Assembly (NCBI RefSeq): GCF_009914755.1
Contig: NC_060931.1
Reading direction: 5' to 3' (one strand)
Source: the human T2T-CHM13v2.0 reference genome, Homo sapiens
Length of the DNA stretch: 64,000 bases
Shown: positions 28,665 through 44,329 of the stretch, piece by piece
Numbering within the stretch: position 1 is the stretch's first letter
Layout: every line of letters starts with the position of its first letter
Translations under genes and position numbers: made by a program
The notes under the pieces: generated by a model
What the model was told of the DNA's origin: nothing
The model's database searches: none
What the model saw: only the letters and a program-made list of their open reading frames with translations

Positions 28665-30451
28665 ATTTTTTAACTTTTAAGGTCAGTGGTACATATGCAG
28701 GATGTGCAGGTTTCTTACATAGGTAAACATGTGTCATAGGGGTTTGCTGTACAGATTATTTCATCATCCAGGTATTAAGCCTAGTACTCATCAGTTATTT
28801 TCCCTGAAACTCTCCCTCCTCCCACCTCCCCAGTCCCTGGTAGGCCCCAATGTGCATTGTTCCTCTCTATGTGTCCATGTATTCTCATCATTTAGCTTCC
28901 ACTTACAAGTGAGAATGAGCAGTGTTTGGTTTTCTTTTCCTGCATTAGTTTGCTAAGGATAATAGCCTCCAGCTCTATCCATGTGCCTGCAAAGAACATA
29001 ATCTCATTCTTTTTTATGGCTGCATGGTATTCCATGGTGTATATGTACCACGTTTTTTTTATCCAGTCTATCATTGATGGACATTTAGGTTGATTCCATG
29101 CCTTTGTTATTGTCAATAGTGCTGTAATGAACACATGTGTATGTATATTTTTATAAGAGAATAATTTTATCCCTTTGGGTATATACCCAATAATGGGATT
29201 GCTGGGTCAAATTATATTTCTTTATCCAGATCTTTGAGGAATTGCCACACTGTCTTCCACAATGGTTTAATTAATTTACACTCTCACCAACAGTTTCTCT
29301 GCAACCTTGCCAGAATCTGCTGTTTCTTGACTTTTTAATAATCGCCATTCTGACTGGCATGAGATGGTATCTCATTGTGGTTTTGATTTAAATTTCTCTA
29401 ATGGTCAGTCATGTTGAGCTTTTTTTGATATACCTGTTGGCCACTTGTATGTTTACTTTTGAGAAGTGTTTGTTCATGTCCTTTGCTCATACCTTTCTAA
29501 TTTTTTTTTTAATCTTGTAAATTTGTTTAAGTTCCTTATAAATGCTGGATATTAGACCTTTGTCAGATGCATAGTTTCAAAAATTTTCTCCCATTTGGTA
29601 GGTTGTCTGTTTACTCTGATAACAGGTTTTTTTTCTGTGCAGAAGTTCTTTAGTTTAATTAGATCCTATTTGTCAATTTTTTCTTTTGTTGCAATTACTT
29701 TTGGTGCTTTCATCATGAAATCCTTGCCCATACCCTGAATGGCATTACCTAGGTTGTCTTCCAGGACGTTTATAGTTTTGAGTTTTACATTTAAGTCTTT
29801 AATCCATCTTTAGTTGATTTTTGTATATTGGTGTAAGGAAGGGGTCCAATTTCAATTTTCTGCATATGGCTAACCAGTTCTCCCAGCATCATTGATTAAA
29901 TAGGGAATCCTTTCACCATTGCTTATTTTTATCAGATCTGTCAAAGATCAGATAGTTGTAGATGTGTGGTCTTATTTCTGGGTTCTCTAATCTGTTCCAC
30001 TGGTCCATGTATCTGTTCTTGTACCAGTGCTGTGCTGTTTTGGTTACAGTAGCCTTGTAGTGTAGTTTGAAGTTTGGTAGTGTGATGCCTTCAGCTTTGT
30101 TCTTTTTGCTTAGGATTGCATTGTCTATACAAGCTCTTTTTTTGGTTCCATATGAATTTTAAAATATATTTTTCTAGTTCCATGAATAATGTCAATGGTA
30201 GTTTAATGGGAATAGCATTGAATCTATAAATTGTTTTGAGCGGTATGGCCATTTTCATGATGTTGATTTTTCCTATTTATGAGCATTGAATGTTTTTCAA
30301 TTTGTTTGTGTCCTCTCTGATTTCTTTGAGCAGTGATTTGTAGTTCTCCTTATGGTGGTCCTTCATTTCCCTTGTTAGCTGTATTCCTAGATATTTTATT
30401 CTCTTTGTGGCAATTGTGAAAGAGAGTTCATTCATGATTTGGCTCTTGGCT
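28665..30451 (-). mobile_element. 5'-truncated L1PA (PA11-14-like) 3' end
   Basis: 3'UTR tgtacagattatttcatcatccaggtattaagcctagtac; ORF 28892-29134 WNQPKCPSMIDWIKK. Confidence 0.88.
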
Positions 30452-32274
30452 GGTCAGTCTACAACTTCTGACCCACTCTCTTCCAGCTATAGTTCCAATA
30501 TCTACTCATTTCTCTATTACTTTCAGAGCTACTTAGGTCTGTTCCATATGCATAGCCCCAGTGGCCTGTCTGAGGCCTGGCCGGTGGCCTATACTTTAAT
30601 GAAGTTCTCAAAGATGTTAATACACTGTCAAGACTAGATACACTCATGAACAGCTCTCAGATGAGCCTAGGAGTTCATAAACAATATGATGCAACTGATC
30701 TCTCATTCTCCCTTTTTTTTTTGTTTTGCAATCTGTCTGATGTTTTCTTCATGATTCCAGGCTCCACTCTCCCTTTTTTAATACTATAGTCAGAAAATCA
30801 AGCTTTGTATTTTCTGTTCTGCTTCACAATTCCCACGTCTACATCTATATCAGTGCCAAGAAGCATAAGGTCAGAGAAAAAAACACCACTAGGAATTGCT
30901 CTCTTTTTTTCAGCACTTTAATAATAAAGTCACTTTTGTGAGTACAGCTCCCCTGGCCAGAATATATTCTCTTCACATAGAGGGGTCCCTAGAGCCACTG
31001 CTCCCATTATCTTCACCTCTACCATGCCATCATATTATTGTCTTGGGGCTGGATGGGAAAGAACAGAAGAAAAAAAGAGGATATCCCACCTACACACATT
31101 CTTTATGACACTTAGGAGTCTCATTTTCTCCTCTTAAATCTGTAGGAGAGAAATTCTTCTGGAGCTTTTTCCATCTCTATCTGCTGTTTACTTCTGGGTT
31201 TTGTCTGCTTTTGAGTCCAGGCAGGTTGATTCTGGAGTGGGGAAAAATGAGAAACTCACTGCCAGTGTTGTATTATATCACATTGTGTTCTCTTTTGTTA
31301 AGCTGCTGGCTATCATTGACTTTTGGAGTACTTAGTTAGCTGCTTCCTGCATTCTATCTAGAGCTTATTGTTGCATTTAATGAGAGACAGTCATAGGATA
31401 CAGTGTGTTTATGCCATCTAGCCAGGAACCAGAACCTCAAGGACAAGGTAATTTTTATAGCTAAACTTTGGTAATGAAGGAAACATCTCAAATGTGCCTC
31501 AATTTTTGGTGGCCCTAGTCCTATTATCATTATGAAGTGATATTTTGAATATTTTATCCTCATAGTATAGCCTGATATGCCTACATTGTAGTCTGTTCTG
31601 AGAATATTTTCTCTCTTTTATCACAATATAAAGCTATTATGCTCTGTGTTGAACCTGGTCAGGTGACCTTCAGTCTAAAGCCTTTGATGAATTTTAACTC
31701 TAACTGAAATTACGATTTTTTTTCTTTGCTAACCATTAAGAACTACCATACCAACCGATTCAGCATCAAGATTTTCTGGATTTACAATTAGCCTCAGGAC
31801 ATAAAGGACTTTTAGAAAATATCATTCAACTAGATGATCTTATTGTACCATTATATCCAAAGAGAAATGGCATCTTTATTTAAAAGATCTCTTTGGATGT
31901 GATGGTAAGCTATTTACATAGGACCAGGTTGAATGGAAGTAAAAAAGGAGGAGGTGGCTACATTTTCCAAAGAGGCCCACTATAAGATGTGGTCAGTAGG
32001 AGGTCCTGTATTCTTAAGATGGGACTCACGGTCTGTATTACAAAGGACGGGTAAAGACTGATCAGAGGAGCTGCTAATAACCTGAAATGTATCTTCTGAT
32101 ACTGTAAGATGGAAGAGTAGAACCACTAGCAGATTATCATTCACAAGGACTCCCTAAATTATTATGTGAAACAATAACTAATCCATATACTTCAGAACCC
32201 TTCTGCTAAACATAATAAATGTCCCATTTTATATCTAAGATTTTGAGCTGTTTCCCATGCTCCTACCAATGAAA

Positions 32275-32990
32275 TGCTATATGACCACCAGGTTTCATTG
32301 CTCATTGCACAGTAATGAGCCAGTACACTGAAACAGCAGGAGTTGCAGCAGAGAATGAATATAATAACTGTAGGTTGGCCAAATGAGAAGATGGGAGGAA
32401 ACCTCAAATCTGCCTCTCAAGAGGTTTTGGGACAGAGTTTTTTAGGGATCTGAACAGATGATGGGCTAAAGGGTGGTGGCCACTGATTGGTCAAGAAGTG
32501 AGGGGTGAAGTCATGGGACAGGGAGATGAAGAAACTACATTTCTGTGCTGAGTAGGTTCCTTGGGGAGGGGATTCAGACCAGTTGGCATTAGCCATCCTG
32601 CTGGAATTCAGGATCTGGAAAATACCTTACACAATTCTTGGGTAAAATGGTCTATCATCAGAGATTCTATCTATAGAAACAGTGGAGGAGCAGGTGGTCA
32701 CTGTGCTACATGACTCTCAGGTAGCAGCTGCAGAAAAGTCAGTCAAAGTGCACCAGTGCACCCTGGTCAATGCCTAACTATAATTCTGCCTATAGCCTAG
32801 TGTGTAAGTCTAGCTAGCCCCATGAGGGTGGTTTCAGTCCCCTCTTGACTTGTTCATTTCCTCAATCTTGAGGCAGGAGGGAATCAGACAGTGACCACTC
32901 TGGTTGCTTCCTGCTGACAAAGGACACAGATAATGGAGGAGTATCTCAATCAAGATTGAGGAAATGAAACTGTCTTGTAGTGGCCTGTAG
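32275..32990 (-). mobile_element. ERV1 MER4-group 3' LTR plus a short internal segment
   Basis: On the minus strand the LTR begins tgaaaccaccctcatgggg at 32836, preceded by PPT aagagggga; body ggagttgcagcagagaa...gaagatgggaggaaacctcaaatctgcctc. Confidence 0.7.
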
Positions 32991-33539
32991 ATATTGCTGA
33001 GTGCCAGGTCTGGGGCTCTTACCTGCATAATAAAAACATTAGTGCTCTTGTTAAATTTTGACACAAATTTAATAGAACACTGAATAGTGAGGCAAAGTAT
33101 GGGCCCTATTAATAAGAGGAAAAGCCCTAATTTTAGGAGCTGATGAAGTCAGCTTTTAGAGCTAATTAAAAGCCCTGAGGCATTCATGAGAAAGTCCAGA
33201 GAACCAGTCAGATAATTCTGGAGTGTCTGGAGAAATCTACTGGTTTCACAAGTGTCAGGATAGCTTTTGTATTGTCTTGGCCCAAAATAAAATGTTGTCT
33301 GTACTCATAAGTGTGATGTCAGATTGTTTTTTATGCTGAAGATATTTGATTGCTTGAATTTTCTTGATACTGTTTACATTGTGGTAAGCAGATGAATAAA
33401 TTTCCATATTCAAAATGTATCCCATAAATTATTTCATATATATATAAAATCAATGCAGAAGTCAGAATTTTTTTTTTTTATCATAGTAACCCTGTTTGTA
33501 AAAATACTGCAGGATAAGTTACACATGACAGACAACAAG

Positions 33540-34022
33540 TGTGGTAGGCAGAGTGATGTGCCACCAACCGCCACCCTCCCCTTGCCCAAGATGTCTTCAT
33601 CTTACTCTTGGCAACTTGTGAATATGTTACCTTACATGACAAAAGGCACTCTGCAGGTATGATTAAGTTAAGGTTCTTGAGAACATTATCTTGGAATATC
33701 CAGATGGGCCCAGTGTAATCACAAGGTGCCTTATAAGGGAAAGAGGGAGGCAGGAGAGTTAGAGAGGGGGATGTGATGACAGAAGCAAAGCTGGAGTGGT
33801 GTAGCCATGGCCAGAGCCAAGGAATGCAGGCTGCCTAAAGGAGATGGAAAAAGCAAAGAATGTTCTCCCCTGAAGCTTCCAGAAGAAACGCAACCCTTGA
33901 TTTTAGCCTCTTAACACCCGTTTTGGACTTCCTAACACCAGAACTATAAAATAATTAATTCATTTTGTTTTAAGCCAGTAAATTTGTAGTAATTTGCTAC
34001 AGCATCGTAGAAAATGAATACA
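33540..34022 (+). mobile_element. MLT1D solo LTR
   Basis: tgtggtaggcagag...gaatatgttaccttacatgacaaaagg...aaatgaataca; TSD acaag/ccaag. Confidence 0.88.
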
Positions 34023-34539
34023 CCAAGATTTGCAGGTAGAGTCTGTATGAAGGAGAACCATATGCATCACAATGAATTTGCCTAGACTGAAGTCTCATTA
34101 GTGGTGGAGCAGAGGGAAGGGCCAGGATAGTGGGAGAGAAAAAGAAAGACAGATCATTTTGTGAAAGCTCTTAGGCTAGCCGGAACTTCAGTCCTACTTT
34201 TTATTTTTTTTTTGTTTCTCTAATTTGAGTAGAATATTCTCTCTTTCTGTATTTCTTCCTTATGTTGCTTGACCTCTCCCTCAAAAGCTAGAGATGAAAT
34301 GTTTTTATTCAAGTCGTATTAAAATTCATTTAGAATGTTTCAAGTTTACCTAATGGATCAAAGGTAAAGACTACCTGTGAAACTTTTTTCAGCTAATTAG
34401 GAAACAGGTCAAATTGGCCTCAAAGTGACTCCTAATTAAAATAATTTTTCTAGTTGGATACTTTTGCTTTTCCTTCTTTAATGATTATTTTAAAATAGAG
34501 ACTTCCAGAGAAGAATAGCAAAATCACAAATACATAATT

Positions 34540-36350
34540 TGAACTCTCATACACTGCTGGTGGGAATGCAAAATGTGTAGCTGGAGACAGTCTGGAAGTG
34601 ATTCAATGGTTAAATATAGAGTTCCCATACAATCCAGCAATTCTACTTCTATGTATCTACCCGAGATAAATGAGAACATGTGTCTTCACAAAAACTTGTA
34701 CATGAATGTTTATAGAAGCATTCTTCACAATAACCAAAAAATTAAAACCCATATTTCCAACAACTTTTTTAAAAAATCCCAAGAAAAATATTAAGATAGA
34801 TGCTAATATGAAATACACTTGTTCTATTTGAAGAAAATGTTACAGCTTTGATGAGGAACCTAGAAAAAGATGAAAAAAGGGACGTGTATTTATGTAAACA
34901 GAATGTCGTGCTGTGTGTATGGATAATGTGTTGGAGAACTCAATATTATAAACATATTAATTCATCCCACATTACTTTTTTAATTTAGGCAAATTATTTA
35001 ATTTCAATAGAATATCATCTTCCTTCTTTTTGTATTTGTCACTAGGATTCTAAAGGTTACTTACAATTTTAAAGCTGATGAGAATTGTCTTGACATTTTA
35101 GAAAGAATAGAGACTTACTTTATTACATATAAGACGTTATTTAATTTTAACACTTGTACAAATGTGAAAAGGAAGGTATTTTAATTAAACAGAAGGAATC
35201 AGGAGCATAATTTAATAGAAACTGAATTTGTATACAAAATAATTGAGGATAGGAACAATTCTTGAATAAATTATAATAAGATATTATCAGGAAATAAAAT
35301 TCAATTTGTCTTATACCTTATATTGCAATAAATTACAGATGAATTTTAAAATGTAACCTACTGAAAACATAAAGCCATGGAAGAACTGAAATGGACTAAA
35401 TGCAGGTGATGTCAGTTGAGAAAGAGCATCCTAGGAACAAAGATGGTACAAGAAATCATAAATTAACATTTTGACATGTACAAAAATGTAAATATTCTGT
35501 ATTTCAAAAAGTAATGTAAAATTTAAAGTGAAATAGCAATTTAAAGGGAAACATGTATGCAGTATATAAATGCTTCCTATCTGTAATATATACAGAGCTT
35601 TTACAAACCACTAAGAAAAAGACAGCAAATAATATGTCACATATACTTGTAATTATTTAATTAAACATCCACTTATGAAAATATATTGCTATGCACAACT
35701 AATAAATTAAGTTCAAATATACAGTTAATGAGATGTTATATTTTACATAGTTAGAAAGAAACTTAAAAGCATGATTATCACTGTTGTCAAGAATGAAATA
35801 AAAGAGACATTCTTGAAAATCTTTAGTTTATATACAAATTTCTATAGCCATTTCAGAGAGGAATTATCCTAAGGGAATAATTAGCGATGTTAGAAGTCTA
35901 ACACATAAGGACATTCATGATTGTATTATTTATTTTTACCAAAAATAACTAAACAAAAGCAACCTTAGTAACTCCAAATATGGTACACGCCCAACAAACT
36001 TTGGTACATCCGTTTGATTGAAAATTATGTAGCCACTAAACAATTATAGTTTCAAAGCATTTAATTATATGAGAAAATGCTCATGATATATGAAGTCAAA
36101 ACAATGTACACAATTCCAATTATTTTCTATGTGGACACCCACATCGCCCCCACATGCGTATGCACTAAATCATATTTATAAAAACACTCACAGATGAACT
36201 GCTTATGTTAAAATATTTATGATGATTTTCTCTAGTTAATATTATTACAAAAATTTCTATTTTCTTCTGAAGGTTTTAAAATTTTTCCCAATTTTCTATA
36301 GTAAATCTATTTACTTTTATAAGAAGGAGCTAGGTTATTAAAATAAAACC
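34540..36350 (+). mobile_element. Degraded L1M/L1ME ORF2-3' fragments
   Basis: gaactctcatacactgctggtgggaatgcaaaatg; A-rich degenerate L1 3' sequence. Confidence 0.6.
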
Positions 36351-37867
36351 ATAAGTTTTAAATTGAAAGTATTGCATTGATTTTTCCAATTGAATAATAA
36401 ATATTAAATCAACAAACATTCATTGAACAGCTACTATATCCCTAGCACAATTCTAGGCACAACAGGCACAAAGAAAATTTCTCTCCTTTAGAACCTTACA
36501 TCCTGCTTAGCAAACACACAAAAACACCTCCCCAAGACTGATGCCAAAAAGAGTGTGTTTGGGGAGCTCAAAGTAACTAAATGGAGGATCATAAGCCTCA
36601 TGTTCTTATGACTCAACTAACACAAAATGCATTCTCTATCTATGTAAATGTTGGTCAGCTGTAGACACCTCATAGGTAAGCCACAAATTTATGTCAGAAT
36701 GGTCAGGTACCTGATGGCATAACAGAAGATATGCATAGCTTAAATCCAGGCTTATTATCTTTCCCAAAACTCAGATGCTGTAATTCTGGTTCTCCAAAAC
36801 TTGGTATTTCAAGTGTCTGTATCTTTATAGAAGATTCATTACTTTTCTGCCCCACAGTTTATGCAAATTCATTAGTAGTGTTGGATCCACAAAGACATGC
36901 CTATTTATAGCCAATGGGGTAAGAGATTTATTCTATCGGTTCTGTCATTTAAACAAATTCAGTCATATCCACATTCTTTCACTCATCTGCGATTCTAAAT
37001 TTCTGGAGGACGGAGACCCTACAAGCTACTCTGGAATCTCTATAGACACTAACTTAATCACATAAATTATTAATAAATACACAAATGCTTCGGGATGATT
37101 AACACTGGGTTATTCAGTAGGTAGGAAACTGTGCACATTATCTGATTAACGACTTACCTGGGGTGGTGTATAAATATCCTCTTACAAACATGTCTATACA
37201 AGTTTTGCTTGCTGTGATGAAAATCATGTTTCCAGACTATTTACACAAAATTAAGCTGACACTGCCAAAAAAAAGTGAGTTACTCTTAGTTGTGAGAATG
37301 TATATCCTTTTATAGCAGCTTATGCTACTGGGGTGGGGCAGGACAAATAATGATCATATTCAAGGAAGAAGAATATTTTCAGGGCTAGATTATTTCTACA
37401 TAAAATTTTATATTGAATATGTGAAGAAATGGCTTAAAGTAAACCCCATATTTAATTTGTGCTATATTTTCCCTTCATGAGAAAAAAGATTTTGGCTATT
37501 CTAGCACATTCACCATTTTGCTTAATCAAGACACATGTCCAGTTATTAGGATAACTAAGAAATGTTCCAAAATCTGCATAGAGTTCAGAAGAAAATTATC
37601 ATATTCCTTCCTAAAACCAGCATTTTTAAACTTCCACAAGCATCATAATACTCTGTAGAGCTTTTACAAACAATTTCCTGGGCCCCATTCTCAGCAATTA
37701 TAGTTTTAGTAGATTTGGCTTGAACCAAGAATTGCTATTAAAACAAAACAAAAACAAAGAAAACTTACAAGCATAATTCTGATAGGCCCTAAAGGCAGAG
37801 AACCACCATCTAAAGATATATTAATAACTCCTCAATAATTTTTATAATCACGTCAGGAAATTAATTG

Positions 37868-38093
37868 AGCATGGGCAACAGGGCAAGTCCCTGTCTGTAC
37901 AAAAAAAAATTAAGAATTAGCTGAGTGCGGTGGTGCGCACCTATGGTCCCAGGTACTCCGGAGGCTGAAGTGAGGAGGATCACTTAGACCCAGGAGATTG
38001 ATGATGCAGTGAGCCATGATTGCACAACTGAACTCCAGCCTGGGTGACAGAGTGAGACCCTGTTCCAAAAACAAAACAAAGCAACAGAAAACC
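37868..38093 (+). mobile_element. AluJ, 5'-truncated
   Basis: AluJ diagnostics (gaggatcactt, gagccatgattgcac); TSD caggaaattaattg/cagaaaattaactg. Confidence 0.88.
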
Positions 38094-38716
38094 CAGAAAA
38101 TTAACTGTTCATATAACAGAGTTTTTCATAACCTAGATCTATCAACTCAATTCAATTCTGCCAGTATTTATGAAGTATCTATTATGTACAAGTCACTTTG
38201 CTTTAATTGGGGGAATACGAAGATGTGCTAAAAAATAAAACAAACAAGCCTATTACACAATTACATAAATAATTAAACTTCAAAGGAGAACCTATAGAAT
38301 CTACAAGATATGGAAAAGATGCTATCCTCATAGCATCTTTTGAAGTTTGAAAGGGGGAGAGGTCTTATTAATCTTATAAAATTATGAAAATCATATTAAA
38401 TAAAGAGTTTTTGAGATAGACATTGAGAGATTGATGGGATGCGACAAGCCGAACTGCAGAGCAGGACAGGGCAGGGCACTACTGAAGTAGGGAACAGAAA
38501 ATTATGGGGCAAATTATTGGAGTTTAAATAGAAAAGATAAAGTGAGAAAGTTCTTTTGGAAAATTAATTCTATAGGCAACAAACCAGTCTAACGAAAAGA
38601 AAATAATTCCCTCACAACCATAGTACTTAATAAAAACTCATTTTCAAAGAAAGCCTTAAAAAAAAGAATAGTAATACCAATGGAATGAATTAGGGGGAAA
38701 AAATGAGGTTGCAATG

Positions 38717-39075
38717 TGATATGGTTTGACTCTGTATTCCCACCCAAGTCTCATGTTGAATTGTAATTCCCAGTGTTTTGGTGGGAACCTGGTGGGTGGT
38801 GATTTAATCATGGGGGCGGATTTACCCCTTGCTGTTATTGTGATATTGACTGACTTCTCAAGAGATCTGAAAGTGTGTGGCACTTCCCCCTTCACACTCT
38901 CTCTCTCCTGTTGCCATGTGAAGATGTGCTGGCTTCCCTTTCACCTTCTGCCATGGCCTCTCCAGCCATGCCTCCTATACAGCCTATGGAACTGTGAGTC
39001 AATTAAACTTATTTTCTTTATAAGTTACCTAATATCAGGTAGTTCTTTATACCAATGTGATAATGGACAAACACA
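38717..39075 (+). mobile_element. MSTA solo LTR with small internal deletions
   Basis: tgatatggtttgactctg...tctcatgttgaattgtaattcccagtgtt...gtgagtcaattaaac...aggtagttctttata. Confidence 0.88.
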
Positions 39076-39241
39076 CGGTGTTAAAGAAATAAAATAGGGA
39101 ACAAAACAACAATATTAAGAACACATATGTCAGAAACTATAATAAACAGAACATTATGCCTGAAATTTAATTATTAAAATAAGGCATAAGCATTAGTGCA
39201 GAGGATAAATATAAAAAATTAAAACATTTAAATAAATTATG

Positions 39242-39620
39242 CCATATTGCATTAAATCAAAGGTGCCATCAATTGTAAGTCATGCTATTATTCTATGTAT
39301 CACTGAAAAAGGAAAAGTGCTACAATTACACTATAATGTAATGCTGTTTTATTTCTTAAAATTTTTATATTTACCAAAGGAGCTTATTTAATCTTCAACA
39401 TAGATTATTTTGTACACGTAACATTTTGGTGCACACAAAAAAGGAGACTATAAATACAATAAATTAGTTAAGACAGTCCTAGTTCTTCACATGGTATCCG
39501 ATTGTTCTGAATCACTTTTCAACTCAGTTATTGATATCTGTGTTTTCTTCATTAAATATCTCGGTAATGGCAACATAATAACACAACATCATTTAATTGT
39601 GACTACTATACCCTAGTAAG
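39242..39620. mobile_element. Kanga-like (TcMar-Tc2) DNA transposon relic
   Basis: ccatattgcattaaatcaaaggtgccatcaattgtaag resembles the Kanga1 terminus. Confidence 0.5.
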
Positions 39621-39715
39621 AGCATACAGCATTGAGTCATTCCCCCATTGATAAATATGTTTCAAAGATAATCCAACATACAAATTAAAAAAATGGATTT
39701 TTGAAGGCATATTCA

Positions 39716-41213
<1,498 letters not shown>

Positions 41214-41489
41214 AAACATATATATTATATTTATATATATTTACACATACATACATATATAAAATTTGGGTACAAGAGAAATGCTTATCAAGATATTACA
41301 TTTCAAAAAATAAGCTGTGTAGTACTGCCCAAGTTCAAATCACAGTCTTTCCAGTTACCATCTGTGTCCTCCCAGGCAATCTCTGTTACCTCTCTGGGGG
41401 CAGAAATAATACACCACTGATAGGATTGTCATGCAGATTAAACAACTATCAATATGTGTGTTCAATAACTGTTAGGTACCTGTTTCAGC

Positions 41490-43150
<1,661 letters not shown>

Positions 43151-44190
43151 AATTAGTCACTCGGCCATGTAAGCATAAAAACCAAATACAAAGAAAAAAA
43201 AATCAAGCTAACCTCAGGTTTCTCCATTGCCATATCATTTTATTTTATTTAGTGATTTTTAAAAGGCCATTGACAGACTTTATCTAGTATGTAAGAACCC
43301 TTAACATACAGCATTGGTGATAACTTTTTTAACAAAGGAGTAAATAATTACGAGTCATTCCATGTGTGGTGACTCTGTAGACTAGTGCAGGGTGTTGTTG
43401 GAAGGTATCCTGAGGGCCCTGATTCAGTCTGAGTATCCAAAGGTGGTGTCCCCAGGGAAGTGACATCTGTGCTAAGAAAAGAGAACTTCCTGGGTGAAAA
43501 GAAGTCAAAAGAGTATTTTTGGAAGAAAGAGCCTGTGTAAATGAGGTTTTCTCTTATAGGCACTAAAATCTACTTTAGAGAATATGGTACCAGACTCGAT
43601 TCAAATATTTAAGAACTTGGCTAAAGTCACACTAGTAAATGGCAAAGACTATACAAAACCTAAACAGCTCTATTTGACCTATATGATCCCAAAAAGAGTT
43701 TATGATTTAATCATATGAGCTAAAAAGGGGAAAAGTCAGACTGCCCCTGGGAAAATACAGAAGATCTATGCAGAAGTTTTCAAATGTCTCTGCTTTTTAA
43801 AAGACTTCCAAAGTTTCTTGGTGGGTAAATTCCAAATAGGTTTGCAGAATGTACAAAATCTGCACCATTTGCTCTGGGTCTAATCTTATATGTGTATTCA
43901 TCAGCCTCTCTTTTTCATGCTCCTGTCATATTGAAAGACCTCCAACTTTCACAGGCATTACTGTCTTATTCCTTTGCCGATATTGCTCCCTCTGCCCCAC
44001 TTTGCCTGAGAGTGACAACACTGTTGTTAAGTCTCTTCTAATGGAATGCTCGCTGAGTGGAACTACCTTTGCCTAGGTTTAACCCTATCTTTTAGCCAAC
44101 ATAGAGGATCTGTGTCATCAAACCCGCCCTGCATCCCTGTCATGGCACTCTTTAAAAATACATGTCATTTTTCAAACCATTTTTAAAAAT

Positions 44191-44329
44191 AAGAGATGGG
44201 GTGCCACTATGTTACCCAGGCAGGCTGGAGTGCAGTGGCTCTTCACAGGCACAATCATAGCGTACTACAGCCTGAAATTCCAAGGCTCAAGCAATCCTCC
44301 TGCCTCGGCCTCCCAAGTAGCTGAGACAA
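44191..44329 (-). mobile_element. FAM (fossil Alu monomer)
   Basis: ggctggagtgcagtggctcttcacaggcacaatcatagcgtactacagcctg retains the 7SL-like gtgaa(t)agcc segment lost from dimeric Alu. Confidence 0.78.

Noticed and set aside
37151-37165. acttacctgg resembling the U1 snRNA 5' end
   Set aside because: Similarity ends after ~10 nt; better read as a minus-strand splice donor.
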